NCBI RefSeq assembly: GCF_947568905.1
Contig: NC_079165.1
Span: forward strand, 11,098,001-11,162,000
Origin: Ostrea edulis
Taxonomy: Eukaryota
Reading direction: 5' to 3'
Length of the DNA stretch: 64,000 nucleotides
Part shown: piece by piece, positions 1 to 14,670 of the stretch
Position numbering within the stretch: position 1 is the first letter of the stretch
Layout of the letters: the number at the start of each line of letters is the position of its first letter
The notes under the pieces: model-generated
The model's database searches: none
Told to the model about the DNA's origin: nothing
Seen by the model: only the letters and a program-made list of their open reading frames with translations
Translations under genes and position numbers: made by a program

Positions 1-1899
1 CCTGTATATTTTATTAATGACTACTTTGAATGGTGAGCAACACGTAAATCTCCCCAAGGGTTTTAAACTGTTCCAAATCTCAAACTCTAATTAACCAAAA
101 AAAAATTGTGAGAAAAGTAAGATAACATCTAAAGGGGGAATCTCAGTTAATCTTATCTGTGTATCTATTTATAGGGTTTCTCACATTGGTAAGGCAGTAA
201 AATTGACCTCAGTGGTTTTTCACCTGATTGTCAATGCCTCATAATCAATTAATTACATTATAAATGAGCTCCTGAAATTGAATGCTTCCTTGCTAAGCTG
301 ATTAATGCATTTTAATTAATTTCAATATTGAAGTCATAATTATAACAATATTTATTTAACATTAAAGTGTTTGTCAAGGCAACTGAACAAAAATTCTGGT
401 GTGGATGATTTTGTATTCTAATGACATGGATGAATTCATTAGGAAAATATAGCATATAATCATGTGGTGTACAGTTAATGATGTCTGTGTATTGTATACA
501 ACCTTTTATGTGACTTTCTATCTCAAATCAAGTATTAACTTGCCAAGTGTGCTTAATTAAATAGGTCATAACTTTAAGCTGAAATTCTTAACAATGTTTA
601 CATAAAATAAAGAAAATCTTATTGCCACCAAAGTCCTTAAAATTTGTAAAATAATAAATAAAAATTTATCCTGCAATTAATCAATTATTTCCATACCATG
701 TTTTGGCCATTCTTTCAAAAGATTACAGGTTGCAGAATGCATGGATCTTGATAATTTAATGTAAAGCTGTTTTTGTTAATTACATTGTATCAACAACCAT
801 GACTGGAACAGCTGTTAATTTAATAAGCACTTGCTTTTTTAAGTTCTATAAATAATTCCTTGTTATCCCCTTAGAGGACAGTCTCTCCCCACTAGAAATC
901 TATGAGCAATTGATTTTTCAAATATTCCAAATAAACATGTTAGAATAATATGACGTGTACAATGCAATATAACATACTTATATCTTACAGTTATTTAGTA
1001 AAATCTCGTATTAATAATAAAATAATTTTTGGAAGACCCGCATCTTTTAACCAAGCACTTGATCCACTCATGAAATATGACGTAACAAGAAGTGCAACAC
1101 ACAACGGTGGGGGTAACGTTACCCCGCAGTTGTCATGGTTACGCGTTTTCCTGTCGTCATATCGCCTTGTCCTTGATATTACCCGCTGCCGAAAACGGCG
1201 GCCATATTTAATTTTTTTTCACACATTTTCTTAGTATAAATATTGAAAAAGAGAGATTCAAAATATAATCAATTAAAAATATATTATCGATATTGACCTT
1301 ACCAAAAGCACAGAAAACGTGATAGATCTAGTTCAAGTTATTATTTGAAGACAAGGCCCGCCCCTACACACGACAGGCCAAATCTTTACATTCATGAACA
1401 TAGTCGCTGTGCAATACCTTAGCCCCGTTTTTACAGTTTATCATTTACACAGCCTTTAAATAAGATATCTATAATATATATATACTTTTACATATCAAAC
1501 AAGAAAAAAAGTTAAGTTGAATGTGTTACAAATAAACAATATGGTAGCCAACCAACAACTTACGATCGAATTTGTGAATCCTTGTCCTGTCTAGGCTTTA
1601 TGTTCAGCCTTTATACGGTTACTAATGCTCAAAGAAAGATTGTGGAATTATCACGTTCCACAATTTATACATAAGAAAATATATCAAAACAGCAGTTTTC
1701 AAGCAAAATGGAGTCTTCTTAACGCTAAATCCAACGGTCGTTGTCACATGTGGAGAGTGTAGCGAAGAAAATTGATGATTTGCTTATTATTATGAAGAAA
1801 AAATACAAAATTAATAAAGGAAAAAATACAAAATTCGGGATGCAATTTACACAATCATCTCGAAAACTACAACCTATCCCTAGCCTTTACAATGAGCAA

Positions 1900-2009
1900 A
1901 TGCATGAACGGTGTCGGCAGTTTCATGACGTCACTGGCGGAGCTCCTTGAAAGGTGACAAAGGGGATAATTATTTCCGAAACCAAAAACTTACTATCAAT
2001 TATATTAAG
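1900..2009 (+). promoter_or_regulatory. Candidate MRPS18B promoter / non-coding first exon
   Basis: Perfect CRE palindrome TGACGTCA at 1926-1933, donor-like AAG|GTATTT at 2009/2010, and an acceptor TTTCTAG| at 2403 just upstream of the ATG exon. Confidence 0.3.
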
Positions 2010-2430
2010 GTATTTTTATTTTACATGCCGAATTATATATACATATAAAGCATTTAAGATACTACATATCACTTCATAAAAGAGGTTAATTTTCATATTT
2101 TACAGAATACTGTTCTTTGCCATTTACTTCATCCCGTTCGGCTCACAGTTTTGCGAAGCATACAAATGTTAAATAGAAATACTATTGAATGCATTTAACA
2201 CAGCTGTAGTGAGATACTTTTTATGTTTTTTGCATGCAATATATAAACTGAGTTTCCCGAAAATGATTACTTATTCATAAAATGTCGGTCGTTTTTTGCA
2301 AAGATAAGACATTTGTAATTACATAGGACGATTCTAATAAAATGAAAAGGGCACATTTAAATACCCCCTTTACCAAAAATAGATTCATCCAAACATTTTC
2401 TAGATTCAGACCAAAGAGAAAGTAAACACC

Positions 2431-5400
2431 ATGTTGAGGTTATTTCAGAAGGCATGTCTTCAGTTGCTTTCCTTCGACTCCAAGCTGGTAATGAATTCAA
2501 ATTATGAATTTGAATGTAGTTTCAAGTTTGATTCCTAATTATCTTGACAATCGAATTAGATCTTAGGGCCGAGGGGGTGATTTTTAAACAGAACTTTTTT
2601 CAACATTTTATTCAATATTCCACTTAATTTGAATGTGCTGATTTCAAAATTAATAAGCATTTTAAAACATCTCTTTTCCCTGCATCACAATTGACAGGCA
2701 AACATGAGTACACTCGCGCATTTCCACATAGCTATTTTTCTGACGTGTAAATATTTGGCCGTGTAAAATAAATGACACAGAAGTTAACTTGATACCTATT
2801 TTACCTCTTTGGGGTGTGCAGAATATGAATATGACGTTATTTTATTGAAAATAAGTATGGCTATAGCTTCAAAACACTAATATACATGCCTACCCTCGAT
2901 CATTTTAGCTACCGAACAAGGAAAATGACAGTCAGTATTTTTGTACGAAATTCTACACAAATATCATTGTTTCAATTACATATGTATGTCTTAATTGTTC
3001 TTTGTCAATATCCTTGATAGAAAATATTATAAGATTGTACCAAATCAGCGAGGTTATACCGTCAAAACAAAATAGTTATACAATACATGCGGGAAAATAG
3101 CTTATACCAGTTGTTTCTGTACCTTGTGTAAGATCATTTTCAGCAATTAGACGTCTTAAGCATTGGACCAAAGATAGTCTGGTCGTCTTGCTTTGTTATT
3201 TATCCCTTAACACCCCCACCCCCCCAACACACACACCAGGGCTCAGCCCTGGACCGGCTTGTGACCTAAGGCGGCCCCCAAACACTTTTGTTTATGCCGC
3301 GAACCCCACCTACGGACAGTAGGTAACAGTATCAATTAGGTGAAGTACAAAATCTAGGACATTTATATATATATTATTTTAAATAAACATGACAATTTGC
3401 AGTGATTTTTTAAAAACCCATTTTAGGTCCAAAAATCAGCCCTTTTCCCTCCCAAAAATTACCAATTTTTTCCCAATTTAACTTGCACTTTTCCCAATAA
3501 TGAAAACTGGCAAAAATGTATTTGTTAAAAAATAAGTTCAATGTGAAAAGTTTATGTATGATTGACATGACAAAGACTAGATGATTTAGAAAGAATAGTA
3601 AAAAAAATTAAGATCTTAAAGAAAAGAAAGTTAAATATGTAAAATAAAAGAATAATGACATCAATTTGTGTTTGATTTCTTGTTTGATATATATTTAGCA
3701 TATTTACAATGATGACTAGGTTTTCCCAATTTGATCAAAATGTTGAAAATTTTCCCCAATTCGAAAGCCACAGGACCCTTTTGATAAATGTTGAAAAATC
3801 ACTGATTTGATAACAGGAAACTTCATTGAATTACATATATTTATTGCAGACAATGAAGTGCACGATTTATTTTCCTTTTGTTTCATTTACGTATATTAGA
3901 GTTATTGTTCTTGTAAGTTCTACCCAAAAGGTTGAAAAATTTATTTGACCATATTCTCTGAACATATACGTATTACTTCAGTGTTGTTTTAAGAAAAAGG
4001 AAGTTCAAATTATTTAAATATCAATGTAAAATCTGCGTATATGGCCGATTCTGGTCTTGCTACTTATTTTCTCACTTCAAAATACCGACAAAACGTAATT
4101 TCTTACCATGTGCTTTCTACACCACCATACAAGTAAAACTTTGAACTCCCTACTTTTGTTTGGTGTTAAAACTTTCTTATTCAAACCTCGGGGTTTATCA
4201 TATAAAACAGGGAAAAGTACCTAACGCAGTGAGGTCAACTTTTTGTGATTGCAGGAAATGTTGCGGCCAGCGCCACCTACTGATGGCACCCACTGCTAGT
4301 AATATATTGTCTCTTCTATATTTTGAGAATCATTTGCTTGATTGACACTAAACTTGGCACCCTGGTACATCCTTATGAGCAGATGAGCCCTATTGATTTT
4401 AAAGTCACATGGTCAATCCACTTTGGACATGTGTGTATATATTATTACTTATTAGGTTTGTAACTGACTGTCTACGGTTGATCAATATGATTTATAGACG
4501 GCGAGGTGAAGCTACAGACTTAATAAGTGATTTATCTTCTTGAGGACCATTTATGTGACAAAAAGGCAACACATGCACAAGAACTGATAATCGCAATATC
4601 GAATGTAACGATCATTGTTATCTTAACAGTGAATAATAAATCAAGAATACTGAACTCAACATTACATGTGTTTGATTCCGTTAACAACAGCCCCCTCCCC
4701 AGTATTTGTGTAGACCTACAAACTGTTGTAAAAATTCAAATTTCAATATTTCAGTGGTAGCAACTTGCGGCAAGGTGGACATCAGTGTCCGATATAAAAA
4801 GAGTGGTGCCCCCCCCCCCCCCTCTCATTCTGCAGGTGAAAACAGTCTTGAAACTGTAAACATGTGATGATGTGTTGCTGCCAGTACACAAATTGTCTTT
4901 CACGATATCAACTCTTTTGTTGAAAGGCGATATCTCCACACCCATTCTCAATTAAAGCGTCCAATTCGCAGTAAAAATTCAAAAATAATAATGGCCAATA
5001 TATAGTCAGACATTTTTTCTTTCCATAATAGCAAATTAATTTTCAACGCGATCCACCATCTAGCTATGTTTTGTAAATTCCGTCATTGTCCCAACATTCT
5101 GACCTCATTGGAAATAAGCTATATGGCTTTCATGAGTTATCCTTGGCATGTACATTAATTTACTCGCTGTGCTCTTAAAGTCAAATAGCTATTAAAATTT
5201 ACCTTTTTATCTTGTGTATTTAACATCAACTTTGTTTTAACTATTTGTTCCTCTGTGATATTGTCTTGTATTTATATTGTATATGTGCCTATTCCTAAAT
5301 AAATAAACTAAACCTAAATATTTCTTCAAAATCTGCACTCTCTCCTTTTACCGTCGAGTATAGTCTTTAAAAATCATAGTGATATGGACGGCAATCACAT

Positions 5401-8400
5401 GGCTCAATTATAAACCAATGAAAAAGCGACATTTTAGTCCGAGGGGAAAATAAAGGAAGATATTGTTAGCTCAATATCTTGAATTATTTTGGCACTACTA
5501 TCAATTAAATGATGCATGTGTATATAGCCCTTTTCAATTTTGCGCCATGTTTCTGAAACATTTGTGTTTTTGTTTTGTTTGTTTTTGTATTTTTTTTTTG
5601 GGGGGGAGCAATTATGTTCATTTTAAGTGCAATTAATCCAATGACAGTACCAAAAAAAGTTCAGATTTATCATGAGTATTATCCTTTTCATTTTTATGCA
5701 AGTTTGATATAACTAGGCCTATATTTCATAATTTGTTTATCTATTTACAACTGTATCTTATAACTTTCAAATTGATAGAATTAAAAAAAACCCATTGACA
5801 GTCTAATCAGATTTGTTCTAGTCATGGGCAACACATTTTTTTAATTATTAAACAAATCTAATAGTATCATGTCTGTGTAATCAATCTAAAGTGTACGTAT
5901 GATGTTGTTTTCATTTTCATGTCAAAATTCAACAATTCTATCAGCGAAGAGTCTTTAAAAAAAATCACTTTTCCTTATTGATTCATTTCTCTGGCATATT
6001 ACTCGTCTAAACATTTAATTGATATCCCTATCATGATTATCTATGATTTGGATTTTGCACCAGTACTGACAGAAATGTTGTCGTGTGAATATATAAAGAT
6101 AAAGCTAAATATTTGAAGTTGGCATGTCTAATAACAAAGTATCATATGTTTGTAAGCTCCAAGGAGATTCTAGACCAACATAAATGGCAATGATCTTGCA
6201 AACCATTTAAGGTTGGTATTAGAGTGGAGGGAATGCTAAATTCCAATACAGTCCTATTTGGAAGTCATTGGCGTGGTAATAAATTAATATTTTTGAATGG
6301 AAAACATTGCATCTTGTATTTGAAATAAAAAAAAATTCTATAATTCTGGAGTTGTAGTAATTGAAGTACATGCACTACATATTGTAGCTGGCAGCATCAG
6401 GTAGTAGATCTATGTCGTTAAAATGGAAGAAGGAGAAGGAAGACAATTTTGAGGAGCTGGGTGAGGCTGAAGAAATCGGCCAAGAATATGGAGGATTTGA
6501 CTACAAGAAGAAACAAAAACCACACGTCTCCTACCAGCAGAGCATCAAGTATTTTGATAGTGCAGGCATGTGATATTATTTCTTACTTTGTATTACAAAT
6601 GTCATTTTACAGTACTGTAATAGTGCAGGCATGTGATATTATTTCTTACTTTGTATTACAAATGTCATTTTACAGTACTGTAATAGTGCAGGCTTGTGAT
6701 ATTTAATCTATTACATTGTATTACAAATGTCATTTTACAGTGTACTGTAATAGTGCAGGCTTGTGATATTTAATCTATTACATTGTATTACAAATGTCAT
6801 TTTACAGTACTGTAATAGTGCAGGGTTGTGATATTGTTTATCACATCATATTACACTTTTCATTTTACAGTACTGCAACATTGCATAAGCACATATATTG
6901 CAGCCATTGAGTAGAATATTGAAATGCTTGTAAGTGTTATATAATCAGCATGTCCAGCTAGAGTGTACTGTACATTCATTGTGCTATCAGTATAGCTTTG
7001 TCTAGTGTGTACTGTACATTCATTGTGCTATCAGTATAGCTTTGTCTAGTGTGTACTGTACATTCATTGTGCTATCAGTATAGCTTTGTCTAGTGTGTAC
7101 TGTACATTCATTATGCTATCAGCCAGTGTGTACTGTACATTCATTGTGCTATCAGCTAGTGTGTACTGTACATTCATTGTGCAATCAGTATAGCTTTGTC
7201 TAGAGTGTACTGTACATTCATTGTGCTATCAGCTAGAGTGTACTGTACATTCATTGTGCTATCAGTATAGCTTTGTCTAGAGTGTACTGTACATTCATTG
7301 TGCTATCAGCTAGTGTGTACTGTACATTCATTGTGCTATCAGCTAGTGTGTACTGTACATTCATTGTGCTATCAGCTAGTGTGTACTGTACATTCATTGT
7401 GCTATCAGCTAGAGTGTACTGTACATTAATTGTACTATCAGCTAGTGTGTACTGTACATTCATTGTACTATCAATATAGCTTTGTCTAGAGTGTACTGTA
7501 CATTCATTGTGCTATCAGCTAGAGTGTATTGTACATTCATTGTGCTATCAGTATAGCTTTGTCTAGAGTGTACTGTACATTCATTGTACTATCAATATAG
7601 CTTTGTCTAGAGTGTACTGTACATTCATTGTGCTATCAGCTAGAGTATACTGTAGATTCATTGTGCTATCAGCTAGAGTGTACTGTACATTCATTGTACT
7701 ATCAGCTAGAGTTTACTGTACATTCATTGTGCTATCAGCTAGTGTGTACTGTGCATTCATTGTACTATCAGCTAGAGTGTACTGTACATTCATTGTGCTA
7801 TCAGCTAGAGTGTACTGTACATTCATTGTACTATCAGCTAGAGTGTACTGTACATTCATTGTACTATCAGCTAGAGTGTACTGTACATTCATTGTGCTAT
7901 CAGTATAGCTTTGTCTAGAGTGTACTGTACATTCATTGTGCTATCAGTATAGCTTTGCCTAGAGTGTACTGTACATTCATTGTACTATCAGCTAGAGTTT
8001 ACTGTACATTCATTGTGCTATCAGTATAGCTTTGTCTAGAGTGTACTGTACATTCATTGTGCTATCAGTACAACTTTGTCTAGAGTGTACTGTACATTCA
8101 TTGTACTATCAGCTAGAGTGTACTGTACATTCATTGTACTATCAGCTAGAGTGTTCTGTACATTCATTGTACTATCAGCTAGAGTGTACTGTACATTCAT
8201 TGTACTATCAGCTAGAGTGTACTGTACATTCATTGTACTATCAGCTAGAGTGTACTGTACATTCATTGTGCTATCAGTATAGCTTTGTCTAGAGTGTACT
8301 GTACATTCATTGTGCTATCAGTATAGCTTTGTCTAGAGTGTACTGTACATTCATTGTGCTATCAGTATAGCTTTGACTAGAGTGTACTGTAAAACTTGTA

Positions 8401-11400
8401 CGGTACCAAATTTGATGCACCAGATGCGCATTTCGACAAATAATGTCTCTTCAGTGATGCTCAACCGAAATGTTTGAAATCCGAAATAACTATGAAGTTT
8501 TAGATCTAAATATAGCCAAAAACAGCGTGCCAAAAAAGTGGAGCCAAATTCGTCCAAGGATAAGAGCTATGCATGAGGGAGATAATCCTTAATTTTGAAA
8601 TGAATTTCTATCAGCTAGAATGTACTGTACATGCATTGTGCTATCAGTATAGCTTTAATAATATAAACAGATTTATGATAGAGGAGAATATGCATCTGAT
8701 TGATTGGAAGGATTTGACCTAGATCAAAAATTTTCCCTTGTCAACTGACAAAGAAAAAATTTCCAAGCTCAAAGTATTTTTGTCCCCACTATCAAAAAGG
8801 ATCTTGCCCCTGGCTGTTCATGTGTCATTCTTAGTTTCCAATCTCTATCTTTAGAAGACTTATATTTTCATATTTACAATTTTACATCAGGGTTAGTGTG
8901 GTGAAGTGCTTAAGCTTGCTTGGGATTGCCTTTAAAGTGGAAGAACATACCTACAGATATTCAAATTAAAATTTTGACATACATATACCTGCAGATATTC
9001 AAATTAAAATTTTGACATACCCACAGATATTTAAATTAAAATTTTGACATACCTACAGGTATTCAAATTAAAATTTTGACATACCTACAGATATTCAAGT
9101 TAAAATTTTGACATACATGTACCTACAGATATTCAAATTAAGATTTTGACATTCTTGCTGATATTCAAATTAAAATTTTATTTTCCAACTTCTATCTTGA
9201 GAATGATTTGTAGTTGCATGGATGTTCATATTTGAAATTATGGGTGGAGTTTGAAGTTTCGTAGTTTTGTGAAAGGTTTTTAAAAATACTTGTTAAAAGT
9301 GTAAACTATAATTCTTAAGAATCAGAAATATTATCAATAGATTTGTTTTTAAGATCACTCACCAAAATTCTTAGAAAATGACTTTTATAATAGCATTTTG
9401 TTGTCATTTCTACTGTATTCTTTCTTTTGTTGACAGTGATCATAAATGAGTTAATTGACAGCTGAGAATGAGTTCTTTGAAACATGACTGAGTCATTGTA
9501 CAACTTATTGACACACTTCCTAGTCAATCACACAATTTTTATTAAATTGAAACACTTTCTTCTTTGAAATGTTAAGGAAAGTCTGCTTTTACGTATCCGG
9601 TTTTAAATTTTAAACACCGACTAGAAAGTTCCAGTTATAACTTCTTTGTGTGATGTTTGTAGTTTACGAGAACTGTACGAGTCAAATTTAGCATTCAAAT
9701 GTGAATCTTAGATATATTTACCATGAATTATTATAGTATCAAGTCCTCACTGCTCCAATGGTACAAAGCAATGTAATATCTACATTGATCTCCAAAAGGC
9801 GCATAGCTTGCAATCTAAGCCTGAACAAGTTAAAAATCATACATAGGCGTGACCCTCACAGTGGAATTCAAACTGTTTTTAGTGAGTTTGTGTTTGGTTC
9901 AAAGAAAACCAGAATTATAAATCCTTAGAAAATCATCAGTAAAGATGTTGAATATTTGAACTCTTCTTCACAAGTACTTTCAAGAAACAAAATTATTTGT
10001 ACATGAGCTGTAGTTGCTAGAATCTACACATATGTTACACTATAACATTTTTTCTATAAGTATGAGATAACATGTAGGTATTTTTATGTATGATATGATT
10101 GATAGCCAAACAAAAAAAGAATAACACACACACCAAAAAAATTGTGAGAAAAAGGAAGGGATGGGGAAGCCCCCCCCCCCCCCCCTTCCTTGTGTTCTAA
10201 TTGTCTGGTAGGACACAATTTTCAGTATGTTTTACACACACATATATATATATTGTCATATTCTGTTAATCTTGATTTTAAGACTGTATTTGCTGTTACA
10301 ATTTACTATTTTCAAAGTGTGCAAAGAATAATTGTAAAACTTAAATTTAAAAATGGGGGTTTACGTACTCAAGAGACCATTTTGCGAAATATCTCTGGTC
10401 AACTATGGTAAAATATGTTTTTTTGTTAACCTTAGATATAATGCTACATATTTTTAAAGAAAAACTGGCATGTAAACAATTTAGATTTTGAGAATTTTTC
10501 AAAATTGCGATATTCTGTGATTTTTTTCTGAAGGATGTGAGCAGATTAAACAGCAATTGTGTATGTTTTCAATTGAATATCTTTAAAAATTCTCTCAGTA
10601 AATGAATAGCTATTGGTTTTTATATATTATAGCTTAATATGATGTGCTTTGGTGCATATTTTTAATAAAACATGAGATCATGCATTCTTGTGTTAAAATT
10701 TGGTTTTTGCATTTGGGGGTATATGTGCTCTGTAGCACATAGTATAAAAATAAACCCACAAAGGTATGTCTAATATGGGTTTTTTAGTTAGTTTATGAGT
10801 TGTTAAAGTTATTTAAATGAAAAAAAAATTTGATTGACAGAAATTTCTAATAGTATTTACCTACCTTAAGTAGAATACAATGTATCATTAATTTGATGTA
10901 AAAATGTTTGCATTTAGTGCTTTGTTTTTTGATGGATTGTGCACTGTACCGGTCTAAGTGGTTGACATTGTATGTAAGAGATCAAAATGATGAAATGCGT
11001 AATTGTGTTTGAATTTTAACTTTTCTTAACACACATCAATCAGTGCATCATTCTCACTCTCTAAATGTTACCTAGACTAATGTTAACATTTGAAGTAATT
11101 TTTTTTTTTTTTTTAAATTTCATGAACAAAACCTGCTGAAGGTATCCACAGCAGGGGCATTTGTGAAATTCTGAATCAAAACTTTTTAAATTGTCATGAT
11201 TCAGTAATAATTTCAGTTTTTAATGAAAATGTGGAATTTTTTTACCCAGCATTTAGAAAAGCTTATGGCTCAGACAAAATATGGATGAGATACAGGAGGA
11301 ATTACAAAGGAAACATTATGCCCAAGCCTCGGTACACTTGTACAGTAAGTTCAGCATATTGTCCTAAGTTCACTACATATACAAAAGTTCAGCATATTGT

Positions 11401-14400
11401 CCTAAGTTCAATACATATACAATAAGTTCAGCATATTGTCCTAAGTTCAACATGTATTCATTGATTTTATTATGTTCACTACATCAAGTTCAGAATTTTT
11501 ACCAAGATTCACTACTCAAGTTCAGTATAGTGGACCCTCTTTATAATGTAATGCTGAGCACCTGGGTACAAATTTGTTATGTCATTACCAATAGTCGAAG
11601 GCTGATTCCACATGTATACACTATATCAGTGATTGAGGACTTGAGATTTGAAATGCTGAATTTAAGAAAAATTCGTAAACTTTTTTTATGTCTTATTAAG
11701 GATGACTGTATTTTGTTGATGTTTTTTAAAGAACTTTTACTGACTTGTGAATTCAACCACTGAACCAATAAATCCACAGATGTTCAAAAGTAGAAAATTT
11801 ACAAGTTAATATTCGAAAAAGTGGGCAGTTATATAGCCCAATTGAAACATTGATATTATAAAAATCTTTAAATACTTCCAATTTGAAATATTAATTTAAA
11901 ACAGGTATTGTAGTGAATATTTTGGCATCACACAAATGTTTGATGAGATATCACACTTCTGTACATTAGCATATCTAAAAGTGAATATGAATATTGCTCT
12001 ATTTACAGCACAAAGGTGCCTTTTTGACGAACAACCCATGCCCAGTTTGTCGTGACGTGTATTTTGTTGTGGATCACAGGGTAAGTCAAACTCGGGTTTT
12101 AAGTCTCGGAAATATTTATTTACTATAGTCAGCTGTAAGAGATGTAAAAATACAATTATATCTTCCTATTCCTTTACAGCATCCTAAACTTCTTAAGGAG
12201 TTTTTAGATACCAACACAATTCAAGTCTCTGACAACCAGAAAACGGGGGTCTGTTTTAAACAGCAGAGAAATTTGATAAGGGAGACCGAGCTGGCCATTG
12301 ATAGAGGTATGTTTTACTTGTAATTCAACACTAACACATGGTATATTGAGATGTTTTACTTGTAATTAAACACTAACACATGATATATTGAGATGTTTTA
12401 CTTGTAATTAAACACTAACACATGATATATTGAGGTATGTTTTATGTGTAATTAAACACTAACACATGATATATAAAGGTATGTTTTACTTGTAATTATA
12501 AACACTAACACATGGTATATTGAAGTATGTTTTATTTGTAATTAAACACTAACACATGATATATTGAGATGTTTTACTTGTAATTAAACACTAACACATG
12601 ATATATTGAGATGTTTTACTTGTAATTGAACACTAACACATGGTATATTGAGATGTTTTACTTGTAATTAAACACTAACACATGGTATATTGAGATGTTT
12701 TACTTGTAATTAAACACTAACACATGGTATATCGAGGTATTTTATTTGTAATTAAACACTAACACATGATATATTGAGTGTTTTACTTGTAATTAAACAC
12801 TAACACATGATATATTGAGATGTTGTACTTGTAATTGAACACTAACACATGGTATATTGAGATGTTTTACTTGTAATTAAACACTAACACATGGTATATC
12901 GAGGTATTTTATTTGTAATTAAACACTAACACATGATATATTGAGATGTTTTACTTGTAATTAAACACTAACACATGATATATTGAGATGTTGTACTTGT
13001 AATTGAACACTAACACATGGTATATTGAGATGTTGTACTTGTAATTGAACACTAACACATGGTATATTGAGATGTTTTACTTGTAATTAAACACTAACAC
13101 ATGATATATTGAGATGTTTTACTTGTAATTAAACACCAACACATGGTATATTGAGATGTTTTACTTGTAATTAAACACTAACACATGATATATTGAGATG
13201 TTTTACTTGTAATTAAACACTAACACATGGTATATTGAGATGTTTTACTTGTAATTAAACACTAACACATGATATATTGAGATGTTTTACTTGTAATTAA
13301 ACACTAACACATGGTATATTGAGATGTTTTACTTTTAATTAAACACTAACACATGGTATATTGAGATGTTTTACTTGTAATTAAACACTAACACATGGTA
13401 TATTGAGATGTTTTACTTGTAATTAAACACTAACACATGGTATATCGAGGTATTTTATTTGTAATTAAACACTAACACATGATATATTAAGTGTTTTATT
13501 TGCAATTAAACACTAACACATGATATATTGAGGTAGGTTTTACTTGTAATTCAACACTAACACATGATATATTGAGATGTTTTACTTGTAATTCAACACT
13601 AACACATGATATATTGAGGTAGGTTTTACTTGTAATTAAACACTAACACATGATATATTGAGATGTTTTACTTGTAATTCAACACTAACACATGATATAT
13701 TGAGATATGTTTTATTTGTAATTAAACACTAACACATGGTATATTGAGGTATTTTATTTGTAATTAAACACTAACACATGATATATTGAGATGTTTTACT
13801 TGTAATTAAACACTAACACATGATATATTGAGATGTTTTACTTGTAATTAAACACTAACACATGGTATATTGAGATGTTTTACTTGTAATTAAACACTAA
13901 CACATGGTATATTGAGATGTTTTACTTGTAATTAAACACTAACACATGATATATTGAGATGTTTTACTTGTAATTAAACACTAACACATGGTATATCGAG
14001 GTATTTTATTTGTAATTAAACACTAACACATGATATATTGAGTGTTTTATTTGCAATTAAACACTAACACATGATATATTGAAGTATGTTTTGCTTGTAA
14101 TTGAACACTAAAACATGATATATTGAGATGTTTTACTTGTAATTAAACACCAACACATGATATATTGAGATGTTTTATTTGTAATTAAACACTAACACAT
14201 GATATATTGAGATGTTTTATTTGTAATTAAACACTAACACATGATATATTGAGATATGTTTTGCTTGTAATTAAACACTAACACATCATATATTGAGATG
14301 TTTTATTTGTAATTAAACACTAACACATGGTATATTGAGATGTTTTATTTGTAATTAAACACTTACACATGGTATATTGAGATGTTTTATTTGTAATTAA

Positions 14401-14634
14401 ACACTAACACATGATATATTGAGATATGTTTTATTTGTAATTAAACACTAACACATCATATATTGAGATATGTTTTATTTGTAATTAAACACTAACACAT
14501 CATATATTGAGATATGTTTTATTTGTGACTAAACATTGACACCTCATGCAATGTACTGCATGTACAGTTTCAAAAACTGTTATAGGTTCCTTGACAGGAT
14601 TAGGCATTGTGTATAGATCTGGATCCATGTATAT

Positions 14635-14670
<36 letters not shown>

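Noticed and set aside
950-1950. Short ORFs at 950-1234 and 1741-1950
   Set aside because: No recognisable product or splice support; likely promoter or repeat-derived DNA.
7251-8292. Repetitive ORFs (MSRVYCTFIVLSA..., MNVQYTLADST...)
   Set aside because: Translations of a 33/44-bp intronic minisatellite, open on both strands, with no splice or homology support.
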